From: Acidobacteriota bacterium
Lineage (GTDB): Bacteria > Acidobacteriota > UBA6911 > RPQK01 > JAJDTT01
Reading direction: 5' to 3'
Length of the DNA stretch: 64,000 bases
Assembly: GCA_965217775.1 (NCBI GenBank)
Contig: CBDCJH010000002.1
Location: 5,536,001 to 5,600,000 of the forward strand
A program made the translations under genes and the position numbers. The notes under the pieces were generated by a model that saw only the letters and a list, made by a program, of their open reading frames with translations, was not told where the DNA came from and did no database searches. Below, in pieces: positions 13,292 to 23,966 of the stretch. Every line of letters starts with the position of its first letter. The stretch's first letter is position 1.

Positions 13292-14734
13292 ATGTCGAAC
13301 GTCCTCTATGCGGGCGCCGCCCGAAGAATCATCAACCCGCCCCTCGGAACGAAGCGGCCCGGCATCCGGCTGTTCGCCGACCCGCTCCAGGCTGTCGAAT
13401 CGGATCTGTCGGCGACCGCCGTGGTGCTCTCCAATCAGGCCAGCAAGGTCGTCATCGTCGGCATTGACATCTGCACCATCTTTCTGCCCGTCGCTCTCGA
13501 GATCCGGCGCCGCATCGGCGAGGCGGTGGGGACGCCGGCGTCCCATGTCCTGATCAATTTCAACCATACCCACAGCGGTCCGGCACTGCCTGATTTCCTG
13601 CCCGACTCGCCCGAGCAGATGAGGCTTCAACGCGCCTACCAGGAACGGCTCATCGAATGGCTGGTGGAGACGTGCGTGGAAGCCGACCGGTCGTTGCAGC
13701 CGGCCCGGATCGGGGCGGGGTGGGGTGAAGCCCATATCGGCATCTACCGTCGGGAGACAGGTTCCGACGGCCGGGACGTGTTGGGGGAGGATCCCAGGGT
13801 ACCCATCGATTCGGCCGTCGGCGTCCTCAGGATCGACGATCCGGAGGGCCGGACCATCGCCACCTGCTTCAGCTACGGCTGCCACACCGTGACCATGGGA
13901 CCCCGCTCGTCGGTGGTCTCCTCCGACTTTCCCGGTCCGGCCCGCGACCTGGTCGAAAACAGCCTGGGTGGGCTGGCCGTCTTCCTGCAGGCCTGTGGCG
14001 GAAACGTCAATCCCGTCCATGGGATCGGTTACGAGGTGGATTGCCGGGACACCAAGAACCGGACCGGAATGATTCTGGGTGCCGAAGTGCTCAAGGTGGC
14101 CGCCAACATCCGCACCAACCTCCGGCGCGGGAAACAGCGGCGGCCCATGGGGGTCATTCCCAATATCCTGTTCTGGCCGTGGGATCCCGTCGATGGCGAT
14201 ACTTGCACCTATCTGGACGCCGTCGACGAGATCATCCAGTTGGAATTCATGGATCTGCCGCCGCTGGAGGAAGCGGTGGCCATCCGTGACGAGTGGAAGC
14301 AGAAGTTGGCCCAGGCCCGGGCCAGCGACGCCAGGAACTGGGAGATCAGCGTGGCGATGCGCTTTACCGACTGGGCCGAAAAACTGGTCGAAGCCGTGCA
14401 CCAGGGGAATCCGCCGCTGGATGCCCTGATTCAGGCGATTCGGATCAACGACATCGTCCTGGCCAGCGTCAGCGCCGAGGCTTTCTTTCAGACGGGACTG
14501 GAGGTCAAGGCGCGATCGCCCTTCGATCATACCCAGTTCTTGGGGTTCTCCAACGGCCTCGTCGCCTACCTGCCCCGTGCCGAAGACTATCCCGAAGGCG
14601 GCTGGAGTGTTCACGAGCGCTATGCCGTACCGGACCTGTTGGTGCAGAGCTATTCGATGCCGGTCGCGTTCCGTCCGGACGCCGAGCAGGTCGTCGTCGA
14701 GAGGGTGTCCAAATTGATCCGGCAGCTCGCCTGA
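13292..14734 (+). CDS. Neutral/alkaline ceramidase-like metal-dependent amidohydrolase
   Basis: HTHSGP, YGCHTV, SSDFPG, LQACGGNVNP, AYLP..DY..GG motifs; RBS GGAGG before ATG 13292. Confidence 0.75.
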   Translation: MSNVLYAGAARRIINPPLGTKRPGIRLFADPLQAVESDLSATAVVLSNQASKVVIVGIDICTIFLPVALEIRRRIGEAVGTPASHVLINFNHTHSGPALPDFLPDSPEQMRLQRAYQERLIEWLVETCVEADRSLQPARIGAGWGEAHIGIYRRETGSDGRDVLGEDPRVPIDSAVGVLRIDDPEGRTIATCFSYGCHTVTMGPRSSVVSSDFPGPARDLVENSLGGLAVFLQACGGNVNPVHGIGYEVDCRDTKNRTGMILGAEVLKVAANIRTNLRRGKQRRPMGVIPNILFWPWDPVDGDTCTYLDAVDEIIQLEFMDLPPLEEAVAIRDEWKQKLAQARASDARNWEISVAMRFTDWAEKLVEAVHQGNPPLDALIQAIRINDIVLASVSAEAFFQTGLEVKARSPFDHTQFLGFSNGLVAYLPRAEDYPEGGWSVHERYAVPDLLVQSYSMPVAFRPDAEQVVVERVSKLIRQLA

Positions 14735-14756
14735 TCAAGCCTGGGGGAAAACAAGT

Positions 14757-15503
14757 ATGAACGAAAGACTGGCCGGCAAGGTATTTCTGATCACTGGGGC
14801 CGCAGGCGGAATCGGGACGGCCATCGCCCGGGCGGTCACCGCGGAGTCGGCAACGGTGGTGCTCTGTGACATCAATCTCGAAGGGGCGCGGCGACTGGCG
14901 GATCGGTTGACCGGGGAAGGACGGTCGGCGGCCGCTTACGCCCTCGATATTTCCCGCCCCCCTGAGATCGCGGCCGTTATCGAGGAAGTCGTAAAGAGGC
15001 ACCAACGCATCGACGTGCTGGTGAACAATGCCGCCATCTGCCCTCGAATCCCTTTGGAGGAGGTGACCGAGGCGGATTTCGATCGAATTGTGGGAATCAA
15101 TCTCAAGGGGACCTTCTTCGTGTCCCAGGCGGTGTCGCCGGTGATGGTCCGGCAGGGCTGGGGAAGGATCGTGAACCTCAGCTCCATCGGCGCGCGGACT
15201 GGCGGCGTGGCCGCTTCTTCGGTCTATGCCGCTACCAAGGCGGGCATCATCGCCATCACGAAGTCGTACGCTCGGACACTGGCTCCCAATGTCACCGTGA
15301 ATGCGATCGCTCCCGGAGTCGTCGATACGGAGATGATGCGGATTCCGTCCGAGCAGGTGGCAGCCATCGTCGACCAGATTCCCCTGGGACGGTTGGCCGA
15401 TCCGGAGGAGATCGCCTCCGTGGTCCTCTTCCTGGCTTCGAAGGAAGCGTCCTATTTCACCGGCGCCACACTCGATGTCAACGGCGGCTGGTTCATGTAC
15501 TAG
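14757..15503 (+). CDS. SDR family NAD(P)-dependent oxidoreductase
   Basis: TGAAGGIG, NNAA, YAATK catalytic motif, NAIAPG. Confidence 0.92.
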   Translation: MNERLAGKVFLITGAAGGIGTAIARAVTAESATVVLCDINLEGARRLADRLTGEGRSAAAYALDISRPPEIAAVIEEVVKRHQRIDVLVNNAAICPRIPLEEVTEADFDRIVGINLKGTFFVSQAVSPVMVRQGWGRIVNLSSIGARTGGVAASSVYAATKAGIIAITKSYARTLAPNVTVNAIAPGVVDTEMMRIPSEQVAAIVDQIPLGRLADPEEIASVVLFLASKEASYFTGATLDVNGGWFMY

Positions 15504-15506
15504 GGG

Positions 15507-15661
15507 GGAGCGGCGGCTTCCTAGCCGCCGGGAGGGGCGGTTTCCTAGCCGCCCACAGGAACGGCGGTTTCCAACCGCCGATCTCCAGAGTGACATTTTG
15601 GTGTCGAAGAATGGGCGACTGGAAATCGCCCCTCCAATGGGGGACTGGAAATCGCCCCTCC
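15507..15661. repeat. BIME-like cluster of five GGAG-foot REP palindromes between convergent genes
   Basis: Plus strand: GGAGCGGCGGCTTCCTAGCCGCCG, GGAGGGGCGGTTTCCTAGCCGCCC, GGAACGGCGGTTTCCAACCGCCG. Minus strand: two copies of GGAGGGGCGATTTCCAGTC(G/C)CCC. Confidence 0.8.
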
Positions 15662-16788
15662 TAGAACGCGTACTTCTCGACCACGGACTGGTCCACCGTC
15701 ACCCCCAGCCCGGGGCTTTCCCGGACTTCGAGATAACCGTCCTCCTGGACCCAGGGATCGCTCACCAACTCATGCTGCATGGGGGAGGTGTGGGGCTTGA
15801 AATCCATGGCCGCCCCGTGGGTCGAGCTGGCCAGGAGGTGGACGCTCGCCGCCGTATTCAGCGCGCTGCTCCAGGTGTGGGCTGAGAACTGGATGTTCTG
15901 GGCCTCGATCAGCGGGACGACCTTGACGCAGCCGGTGATCCCCAGGCACCGTCCCGGGTCCATCTGCACCACGTCCACGGCGCCGTGCTTCAGGAGGCGC
16001 CGGTAGCCCTCCGGATTCCACTCCTGCTCACCGGTGCCGATGGGGGTCCGGGTCCCCGCTCGGAGGAGCCGGTGGGCCGCATAGTCCTGAGGCGGAAGCG
16101 GCTCTTCGATCCAGCGCAGCCGGTAGGCTTCGAAGTCCCGGACCCGGCGAATCGCCTCCTGGGCGCTCCATTTCACCCGTCCTCCCAGCACGTCGAACAC
16201 GATGTCGCAATCGGGGCCGACGATCTCCCGGACGTCTCGAACCAGGGCCAGATCCTTGGCATGGTCCAGCCCGAAGACAGCATCCGGCTGGCTGCCCCAG
16301 CCACCCTTGACGATGCGGTAGCCTTGGTCCTTGAAGGTCTGGAACTCGTTCAGGGTCCAGTCCAGGTCCACCATGTCCAGGTGGATAGACGCCATCGCCA
16401 CGACTCGCGGCACGACCCGTCCACCCATCAGGCGACACACCGGCTGGTCCAGCAGGTGTCCCTTCAGGTCCCAGAGAGCCATGTCCACGGCGCTCACGGC
16501 GAAGCCCGCAATGCCCTGGGGGCCGTACCACCAGATGTGATTCAGCAGTTTGTGCCAGAGGCGCTCCACGTCGAGGGCGTTCTCGCCGGTCAACATGGGG
16601 GCGTATCCGCGCTCGATGATGGTCTTGACGGCCGCGGCCGACTCGGGAAACTGGCTGATGCATTCGCCCCAGCCCACGGCTCCTCCCTCCGCTTCCACGC
16701 GAGCCAGGGTGATGTAGCGGATGTTGTTGTGGTCGTGGGGTTCCGGGTAACGCAGGGGATACGCGTCGACACGGCGAATCTTCGTCAT
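15661..16788 (-). CDS. Mandelate racemase/muconate lactonizing enzyme family (enolase superfamily)
   Basis: GWGEC, SAVDMALWDLKG, metal ligands D(VLG)/WIEEP/GEQE, PGLGV. Confidence 0.9.
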   Translation of the reverse strand: MTKIRRVDAYPLRYPEPHDHNNIRYITLARVEAEGGAVGWGECISQFPESAAAVKTIIERGYAPMLTGENALDVERLWHKLLNHIWWYGPQGIAGFAVSAVDMALWDLKGHLLDQPVCRLMGGRVVPRVVAMASIHLDMVDLDWTLNEFQTFKDQGYRIVKGGWGSQPDAVFGLDHAKDLALVRDVREIVGPDCDIVFDVLGGRVKWSAQEAIRRVRDFEAYRLRWIEEPLPPQDYAAHRLLRAGTRTPIGTGEQEWNPEGYRRLLKHGAVDVVQMDPGRCLGITGCVKVVPLIEAQNIQFSAHTWSSALNTAASVHLLASSTHGAAMDFKPHTSPMQHELVSDPWVQEDGYLEVRESPGLGVTVDQSVVEKYAF

Positions 16789-16832
16789 GGTCTCAACCTA
16801 GTCAGTGTTTGAGGACGGGATATGGCGGAGAA

Positions 16833-19800
16833 TCATCGCACATAGATGAACTCCGGCGCGTTGAACAGGGCGTGAGCCGTATCCTTCCAGACCTGCGCCG
16901 AATGCATCACCGGGGACCGCGCTGCTTCGGATGCCGCTTCCCGCTCGTGGAGTGCGGCGATGTCGTTGACGGCTTCCGACCAGCGGGTCAATTCCTGGGC
17001 TTCCGGGTTCCGGTTGAAGGCTCGCTTGAACATGTAGGCCAGCCTCTCGCGAGGCGATTCATGCGGCGCCGCCACCAGTTCCTGGGCCCAGAATTCGGCC
17101 TGTCCCGCGACGAAGGGGTTGTTCAGCAGGGCCAGGGCCTGTGCCGGAACGTTGGTGACGTCCCGCCTTCCGGTGGGAATCTTGGGTTTCGGCTGGTTGA
17201 AAGTCGCCAGCAATTTGGAGGGCTCCATGACGGTCATCTTCAGATAGATGGAACGGCGTCCATCGCCGTCGAGAGGTCCGGAGAAGAGGCGCTTGGTCGC
17301 ATCTTCCATTTTCCGAAAGGGATTGATGGGTTCGCCGAAGAGGCTCCGGTCCAACCGTCCCGAGACGGCCAGCAAGGAATCGCGAATCGACTCGGCATCC
17401 AGGCGCCGGAGGGGCATGTGATGCCAGAGGCGGTTGGAGGGGTCCGCCTCCACTGCCTGGGCGCTGGCTTGGCCCGACTGCCTGAAGGTCTCGCTCATGA
17501 CCAACGTCCGGACCAGGTGCTTCACGGACCAGCCGTTTCGAACGAAGTCGTCTGCCAGGTAGTCCAGCAGTTGCGGGTGTGTGGGTTGATCTCCCAAGTG
17601 GCCGAAATCGTTGGGCGTGGAGACGATCCCGGTTCCAAACACCCATTGCCAGACCCGGTTGACGAACACGCGGCCGGTCAGCGGGTTCTTGGGGCTGGCC
17701 ACCAGGTTGGCCAACTCCAGCCGGCCGCTACCCTCGGGGCGGCCATTGTCGGCCGCTCTCAGGACCCGAACGTGGCCCCGGGGAACCAGGTCTCCCAGGT
17801 CTTCGTACACTCCCCGGATATTGACTCGGTAGTCTCGACCCGGGTCCAAGTCGACCATGCCGTTGATGGTCTGGGGTTCCAGAAGCCGTTTCTCCACCAT
17901 GCGGTAGGAGGCGACCAGCTCCCGGACCGGCTCCCGGTCCTCCAGGCTGTTCGGCAACAGTTTCCGGTGGAGCATCCAGTTGATCAGGAGAACGTCATCC
18001 TCGTCCGCGCGATCGTTGCTCCAGTCTTCGAGGGAAGCGGTCAGCCATCGCCCATACCGCGTAGCGGCGTCCGTCAGGCTGGATGGAGGATCGCCGGAGA
18101 AGAGGGGCTCGAATCGGGACAACTCGTCCGCCGGCGACTCGACACAATCGAAGATCGCGCCGTAGTTCGTGACCTTGCCTTTCGTGACGAGGTACGCCCG
18201 GGTGATGCCGAACCAGCTCTTCGGGTCGTGCGACCCGCAGTCGTCCTTCTTGATCTCTTCGTCCTTGCATCCGCCCAGCCCGTACCGCGGTGGAAAGTAG
18301 GGGTTGGAGGTCTTGGTCGTGAACTCGAGATAGTTCCGGGTTTCCGCCGCCTCGACGGCTGATTTGGGCCAGGCACTCTTGTCGGCCGCGTTCTGGGTGT
18401 GGCACACCCAATGCAACTCGTCGTTGTCCATGTATCCCCATTCGCGCTCGGTGAGGAAGCCGTTGTCGACCACGAGCCGGCGGGTGCTCAAGTCGCCGCC
18501 GTTCACTTCCAGGCTGACGACCCGGGGACTGGTTGGATCCAGGAAAGGGCTGCGGAGGGCGCCGTTGAGCCGTGGCGAGATGGCGTGGGTGAACAGCCCC
18601 GCCGGAAGCAGCATGTCCACCGCCTCGGTTCCCTCCAGCGCCACCGTGAAGTCGCCGTTGGAGACCGGACCGTCGCGCAGTCCGACCCCATCTACTGACC
18701 AGCCTTCCGGCAATTCCTCCCGGAAATCGGCCAGCAGAGGGAAGTTCCGGGCATTGGTCTGCGAACGCTCCTGATGGGCGGTTCCATATTCCTGGGCCAA
18801 CTCTGACCAGCGGCTGTCGACGCTGCCAAGCTGTTTCGCCGATGCGTGTAGTTGGAGCCAGGGATAGAGAATGTCCTTCAGTGCGGGCTTGTCTTCAGCC
18901 TCCTCCTCTTCGGACTTTTTCTCGGCCGCTTCCCTTTCCTCGGCTTCTTCAGCCTTCTCTTCGCTCTCGGCCGGTTCCTCGACCGGTTCGAACCGGAGCG
19001 CTTTCTCCCAGGCCTGGAGCCGTTCGGGCTTCAAGCCCTGGGCCAGTTGGCCCGCAGCTTCATCCCCGTCGATACGCGCCTGTGCGGCCAGGATATAGGC
19101 CGGAATGTCATGGGACGCCTCCAGCCACCAGTCCGCCAGCGGACGCCGCATTCGCTTCTTGAGGGTCGAGAGTCCTTCGATGACCTGCCTGTTCCGGTCG
19201 GGGAGATCCAGCGTATTGGTCCCCCAGCGCGAACTCATCAAGACGCCGGCCAGCGCGTAATAGTCCTTCTGGGCGACGGCGTCCAGCTTGTGGTCGTGGC
19301 AGCGTGCGCAGGCGACGGTCATGGCCTGAAACGCCTTGGAGAAGGCGTCGATCTTGTCGTCCACCATCTCCTGGTGGATGCCGTTGAAGATCACGCTGTC
19401 CCCGTGACGCTTCTCGCCCATCATGTAGAACATGGGACCGATGAGGGACTCGTTGATCTGCTGGTCGGCATTGATTCTGGGAGGCTCCAGCATGTCACCG
19501 GCGATCTGCTCGCGGATCAGACGGTCGAAAGGCAGGTCGTCGTTGAAGGCGCGGATCAGATAGTCTCGAAATCGCCAAGCGCCCTTGGCCGGGATGTCCC
19601 ACTCGTAGCCGTAGGTGTCGCTGTAACGCACCACGTCCATCCAGTGACGCGCCCAGCGCTCGCCGAAGTGGGGGGATTCGAGCAGGCTCTCCACCAGGTG
19701 TTCATACGCGCCCTCGTCCGGGTCGCTTACAAAGGCCTCGACCTGTTCGGCGGTCGGCGGCAGACCGGTCAGCACCAGACTGAGGCGCCGGACCAAGGTG

Positions 19801-20429
19801 CTCCGTTCCGCCCGGGGAGCTGGCTCCAGCCCATTCTTCTCCAGTTGGGCGAGGATGTGGCGGTCCATGGGGAGATCCGACCAGCCCTCGTTCTCGACCT
19901 GAGGCAGCGGCGGTTGAACCACCGGTTGGAGACTCCACCAGTGGCTCCGCTCCTCGAAGACTTCTTCCCATGAATCGTCCGCCACATACGCGGTTTTGGC
20001 TGCGGGGGGCGCGCCGCGCGGGTCGGGCGCTCCCAGCAGGATCCATTGTTCGAAGTCGTCGATAGCCTCGGACGAGAGTTGAGCTTCCCCCAGGGGCATC
20101 GGGGTTCGAGAGCCATCGTGCCGGATGGCTCGAATCAGGGGACTCTGGTCCGGATCGCCCGGCACCAACGCCGGTCCCGACTGGCCGCCTTCCTGCCATC
20201 CGCCCCGATAATCGAGACGCAGGCCCCCCATGGCCTGGATTTCGCTGTGACAACTCTGACAGTTGTCGACCAGGACGGGACGGATTCGCTTCTCGAAGAA
20301 CTCCAGCTCATCCGGGCTGATTGTCTTCTCGACACTTTCCGCCGTCCCTCCGAGCGCCCAAGCGCAGACCACCGTCAGGGCGGCAACTCGCAAGAAGTGT
20401 TTCGGCATCCCTACTGCGAAGCTATTCAT
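16833..20429 (-). CDS. PSD1 / planctomycete cytochrome c protein (PSCyt1 + DUF1549 + DUF1553); start uncertain
   Basis: FFEKRIRPVLVDNCQSCH; FGERWARHWMDVVRY; CARCHDHK; RVFVNRVWQWVFG; HPQLLD. Confidence 0.9.
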   Translation of the reverse strand: MNSFAVGMPKHFLRVAALTVVCAWALGGTAESVEKTISPDELEFFEKRIRPVLVDNCQSCHSEIQAMGGLRLDYRGGWQEGGQSGPALVPGDPDQSPLIRAIRHDGSRTPMPLGEAQLSSEAIDDFEQWILLGAPDPRGAPPAAKTAYVADDSWEEVFEERSHWWSLQPVVQPPLPQVENEGWSDLPMDRHILAQLEKNGLEPAPRAERSTLVRRLSLVLTGLPPTAEQVEAFVSDPDEGAYEHLVESLLESPHFGERWARHWMDVVRYSDTYGYEWDIPAKGAWRFRDYLIRAFNDDLPFDRLIREQIAGDMLEPPRINADQQINESLIGPMFYMMGEKRHGDSVIFNGIHQEMVDDKIDAFSKAFQAMTVACARCHDHKLDAVAQKDYYALAGVLMSSRWGTNTLDLPDRNRQVIEGLSTLKKRMRRPLADWWLEASHDIPAYILAAQARIDGDEAAGQLAQGLKPERLQAWEKALRFEPVEEPAESEEKAEEAEEREAAEKKSEEEEAEDKPALKDILYPWLQLHASAKQLGSVDSRWSELAQEYGTAHQERSQTNARNFPLLADFREELPEGWSVDGVGLRDGPVSNGDFTVALEGTEAVDMLLPAGLFTHAISPRLNGALRSPFLDPTSPRVVSLEVNGGDLSTRRLVVDNGFLTEREWGYMDNDELHWVCHTQNAADKSAWPKSAVEAAETRNYLEFTTKTSNPYFPPRYGLGGCKDEEIKKDDCGSHDPKSWFGITRAYLVTKGKVTNYGAIFDCVESPADELSRFEPLFSGDPPSSLTDAATRYGRWLTASLEDWSNDRADEDDVLLINWMLHRKLLPNSLEDREPVRELVASYRMVEKRLLEPQTINGMVDLDPGRDYRVNIRGVYEDLGDLVPRGHVRVLRAADNGRPEGSGRLELANLVASPKNPLTGRVFVNRVWQWVFGTGIVSTPNDFGHLGDQPTHPQLLDYLADDFVRNGWSVKHLVRTLVMSETFRQSGQASAQAVEADPSNRLWHHMPLRRLDAESIRDSLLAVSGRLDRSLFGEPINPFRKMEDATKRLFSGPLDGDGRRSIYLKMTVMEPSKLLATFNQPKPKIPTGRRDVTNVPAQALALLNNPFVAGQAEFWAQELVAAPHESPRERLAYMFKRAFNRNPEAQELTRWSEAVNDIAALHEREAASEAARSPVMHSAQVWKDTAHALFNAPEFIYVR

Positions 20430-20469
20430 GGTCGAGGCAGCCCTCCAAGTCACGAGCAACCGTGCCGCT

Positions 20470-21468
20470 TCAGAATACCGCGATTGGATTCATGGGAGAA
20501 CCCGTCCCTCCCTCCACCGGAATGGGGGCCGTGGTCAGGAGAAACTCCCAGCGTTGACGCTCTTCCGCGGCTTGGCTCAACGCCTCCAGGTCGCAACTGT
20601 CGAAGATGTGAACTCCCATCGCGATCAGGACCACCTGGTGGATCGGATGGGTGATCCCTTCCACCAGGGAAGGATGGACGTCGCTGGCGGCTTCACTTCC
20701 CAGCATCGCCACGTCCCGGTCCTTCAGCCATTTGGCGCAGGAGGCGTGGAGGCCGGACGAGGCCTTCGTCACGTCCCAGGGGCCCAGGGCCGCTCGCCGC
20801 GCCCAGCGGCCGGTCCGAATGAACACCACGTCCCCACTCGAAACCTTGAATCCCGCCTTCTTTTCCCAAGCCTCCAGGTCTTCGGGAAAGATGGGAGTCC
20901 CGGGTTCCAAGTAGGGCACTCCCTTCAGTCTCGGTATGTCGAACAGGACCCCGCGGGTGAAGATGCCGTTCTTGAGCTTGTGGATGTCGAGCTGTTGGGC
21001 GCCTTCCGCGGTGACCTCCTCTTGGGCGTAACCGTTGTACATCTTGCCCCGGTAGAACATGTGACAGAGGGCGTCCAGATGGGTATGCGCGTAACCGTGG
21101 AAAGAGACCGAGAGCGTATCGACGGCGTACTGGGCATTCTCGTCGAGTCCGGTCATGGTCATGACGTGCTCATAGGGAGAGGCATTGTCGATGGACTTCT
21201 CCGTGGTCGCATCGCGCGACAGGGACACGGTGAAGCCATCCTTGACCAGCGCGGCGGCCTGCCTCCGCTTTTCCGGAGTAATCAGGTTGAGGGCGCCCAA
21301 CTGATCGTCCGGGCCCCAGCGACCCCAGTTGGAAAGCTCCTCCATCCAGCGATCGACGTCTTCGCTGGTCAGGGGATATCGCGGTTGGGCTTGAGGCTCC
21401 GGAGCAAGGCAGTGGATCAGGACGGGAAGCAATAGCCCCGCAATAAGCAAGACTCGAATCGTCGGCAC
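20470..21468 (-). CDS. Cyclase family (kynurenine-formamidase-like) metal hydrolase, secreted
   Basis: SNWGRWGPDDQLGALN, HGYAHTHLDALCH, GDVVFIRTG, GTGSPMNP; GTG start at 21468 gives a signal peptide. Confidence 0.85.
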   Translation of the reverse strand: MPTIRVLLIAGLLLPVLIHCLAPEPQAQPRYPLTSEDVDRWMEELSNWGRWGPDDQLGALNLITPEKRRQAAALVKDGFTVSLSRDATTEKSIDNASPYEHVMTMTGLDENAQYAVDTLSVSFHGYAHTHLDALCHMFYRGKMYNGYAQEEVTAEGAQQLDIHKLKNGIFTRGVLFDIPRLKGVPYLEPGTPIFPEDLEAWEKKAGFKVSSGDVVFIRTGRWARRAALGPWDVTKASSGLHASCAKWLKDRDVAMLGSEAASDVHPSLVEGITHPIHQVVLIAMGVHIFDSCDLEALSQAAEERQRWEFLLTTAPIPVEGGTGSPMNPIAVF

Positions 21469-21538
21469 GGTGTTCCCCCTGGACTCGGAATCAGATGATG
21501 GACACATTATTACTTCCCCGACCGTCCGGTTCAAACCA

Positions 21539-21617
21539 GGAGGGGGGACATCCTTTTCCCCCATTGGGAAGGGGGACATCCGTGTCCCCCGAATCGGGGG
21601 TTAAAAACCCCCGCTCC
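21539..21617 (-). repeat. ~79-bp composite REP unit (copy 1)
   Basis: Three GGGGG..CCCCC hairpins with GGAG feet; near-identical to 23950-24027 in inverted orientation. Confidence 0.8.
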
Positions 21618-21636
21618 TATTCCATAGCGCTACGGT

Positions 21637-22689
21637 CTACGCCAGCGTATTCGTCCACCCAATCAGAAACATGGAAGCGGACAAAACCAGAATGGAGACC
21701 CCCATCACCGCCATGGACTGCCGTGACGCGCCCGTCCACTCGCCGCTCAACGCCCCCCATACGGTGGCGGCGATGATTGACATGGCGGAAGCCATGGGCC
21801 AGCCGATGACTTCGCGAAGGTCGCCCAGCATGGAACCTCCGATGCCGTAGGTGACGACCCCGCAGATCCACAAGATTCCCATGGCCGCGCCCACGCCGTA
21901 GTGAAATGGCTGCCTCCGGAAAATGTGCCAGCTCCTCCCCTTGACGATCAGGTAGACACAGTAGCCGGCGTTCACCAGGAAACCCGCGGACAAGGCCACG
22001 ACCCAGATGACGTTCGAAGCCATCGAGGGCGAAGTGCCGAGCAGGACGGCCTGATCGGCGAGCTTGATCCCATAGGCAAAGCTCAGGTTCAGCATGGGCG
22101 AGAGTATTCCCGAAAGGGCGGCCACGAGGAGCCCCAAGAGCAGCGGCGCCGCCCTCGTGATTTTCTTCGCCGCCGTCTCGGATCCCTCCGCAGGATCCTG
22201 GAGTCGTCCAGGCGATTCCTCTCTCAACTTCCCCGCCCAGGCGGAGAGCAGGACTCCAACGACGACCAGCAGGACTCCGGCGCAGATCACCATGCCCTTG
22301 ACCGTCAGGAAATCGTCCCAATGGAGCAGAACGAATGGCGCCATGGTGCCGACCGCCGCGGTCAGGCCCATGACGATGGCGTAGCTCAGGGCCAGGCCGA
22401 CCATCTTCAGCGCCAGTCCGTAGAGGACGGACCCCACTCCCCAACCCATGCCGAACAGGAAGACCAGAAGCAGGTCGCGGGTTTCGGCCGCCGCCAGGAC
22501 GGCAAACAGAGACTCGATAGTGAGGAACCCGAGGAGCCAGGGAATCAAGATCATTGCAGTCACGGAGAAGAGAAGCCAGATATGCTCCCATTTCCAACTG
22601 CGCGTGAACTTGAGTCCCAGTCCAAAGGCGGAATTCGCAGTAGAACCCGTCAGGATCACGAGAATGCCGAGGCCGAAACCGGTTTCCAT
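21637..22689 (-). CDS. L-rhamnose/proton symporter RhaT-family sugar transporter
   Basis: KFTRSWKWEHIWL, FGMGWGVGSVLYGL, GLALSYAIVMGL..AVG, IGWP, WG.LSGEW.GA; about 10 TM segments. Confidence 0.8.
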   Translation of the reverse strand: METGFGLGILVILTGSTANSAFGLGLKFTRSWKWEHIWLLFSVTAMILIPWLLGFLTIESLFAVLAAAETRDLLLVFLFGMGWGVGSVLYGLALKMVGLALSYAIVMGLTAAVGTMAPFVLLHWDDFLTVKGMVICAGVLLVVVGVLLSAWAGKLREESPGRLQDPAEGSETAAKKITRAAPLLLGLLVAALSGILSPMLNLSFAYGIKLADQAVLLGTSPSMASNVIWVVALSAGFLVNAGYCVYLIVKGRSWHIFRRQPFHYGVGAAMGILWICGVVTYGIGGSMLGDLREVIGWPMASAMSIIAATVWGALSGEWTGASRQSMAVMGVSILVLSASMFLIGWTNTLA

Positions 22690-22811
22690 AGGTAAATCTC
22701 CCGGTCAGAAACTACCTATTCCAGATCACAATTTGAAGGGGCGGGATGGTGGACAATCCAGCCGCCGTTGCCGGATCATGGATGGTCCGGTCGGGTTTGA
22801 ATGGAGGTGAC

Positions 22812-23966
22812 ATGGAGACCATCAAGTTGCCGAAGCTGGCCATCACCATGGAAGAAGGGACCGTCGTGCGATGGCTCAAGCAGGAAGGCGACCCCATCGC
22901 CAAGGGTGAACCCGTGGTCGAGATCGAGACCGAGAAGGCCAATGCCGAGATCGAATCCAACTGCGCCGGCTACCTCAAGAGAATCGCCGTCAAGGAAGGT
23001 GAAGCTGCACCGGTGGAAGTCGTGCTGGCCTATATCGCCAACAACGAAGCGGAATTGAAGGCCCCCTTCGAAGCCGCCGTCCGCGAGCTGAAGCCAAAGG
23101 CCCAGGTAGTTTCCACGAAACCGTCACCCAGGGCCGCGCACCGAACCCCGCAGCGTCCCGCAGCCGGACCGAAAGGCCCGGTGCGCGCCGCTCCGGCGGC
23201 CCGCCGGTTGGCCCGGGAACTGGGCCTGGATCTCGCCTCCATCCCGGGGACCGGTCCCGGGGGACGCATCCTGCCGGCGGACGTTCGCCGGGCGCAGGCC
23301 GCTGCCGCCGAACCGCCGAAAGACCCACTCGATAAACGAAAGCCGATCATTGCCACCCTGACCAAGTCCATCCAGTCGATTCCCCACATCCACATCTCCA
23401 GGGAGCTGCCTGCGGATGGGTTGATCGCCCTGAAGCAACGCACCCGCGACATCACCTACACGGAGATCCTGTTCAAGGCACTGGCGCTGGCGGTCGAGGA
23501 ATTTCCCGCGTTCAAGACTTCACTGGTGGAAGACCGGCTCTTCCAGCCGGAGAAGACCAGGGTGGGGTTCGTCGTCGACGTGGAGGACGCCCTGGTTATC
23601 CCGACCATCGAAGACCCGGCCAACAAGTCGATCCAGGACTTGGCTGCCGAGGTTCGCGGTCTGATCCGCCGGGTCCGGCATGGGACCCTCGATCACGCCG
23701 ACGTGACCGGCGCCACGGTGAGCCTGAGCAATCTTGGAATGCACGAAGTCGACCTCTTCACGGCCGTCATCCCTTACGGCCAAGTCGCCGTGCTCACCAC
23801 CGGCCGCATCCGATATCAGCCAACGATCCAAGAAGGATCGCTCGTGGAAGTCCCGCGGCTCTGGGCGAACCTGACCGTGGACCATCGCCTGATCGACGGC
23901 GTCGCCGCCGCGAAGTTTCTGAAGACGCTGGCCAACCTGCTCCGGGATGGGAGCGTGGGTTTGTAA
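22812..23966 (+). CDS. 2-oxoacid dehydrogenase E2 (dihydrolipoamide acyltransferase)
   Basis: Lipoyl domain IETEKAN; PSBD AAPAARRLARELGLDL..GTGPGGRI; catalytic DHRLIDG; RBS GGAGGT. Confidence 0.9.
   Translation: METIKLPKLAITMEEGTVVRWLKQEGDPIAKGEPVVEIETEKANAEIESNCAGYLKRIAVKEGEAAPVEVVLAYIANNEAELKAPFEAAVRELKPKAQVVSTKPSPRAAHRTPQRPAAGPKGPVRAAPAARRLARELGLDLASIPGTGPGGRILPADVRRAQAAAAEPPKDPLDKRKPIIATLTKSIQSIPHIHISRELPADGLIALKQRTRDITYTEILFKALALAVEEFPAFKTSLVEDRLFQPEKTRVGFVVDVEDALVIPTIEDPANKSIQDLAAEVRGLIRRVRHGTLDHADVTGATVSLSNLGMHEVDLFTAVIPYGQVAVLTTGRIRYQPTIQEGSLVEVPRLWANLTVDHRLIDGVAAAKFLKTLANLLRDGSVGL

Noticed and set aside
15507-15661. CRISPR array
   Set aside because: Units are non-identical, in both orientations, without unique spacers of regular length, and no cas genes are present; fits REP/BIME
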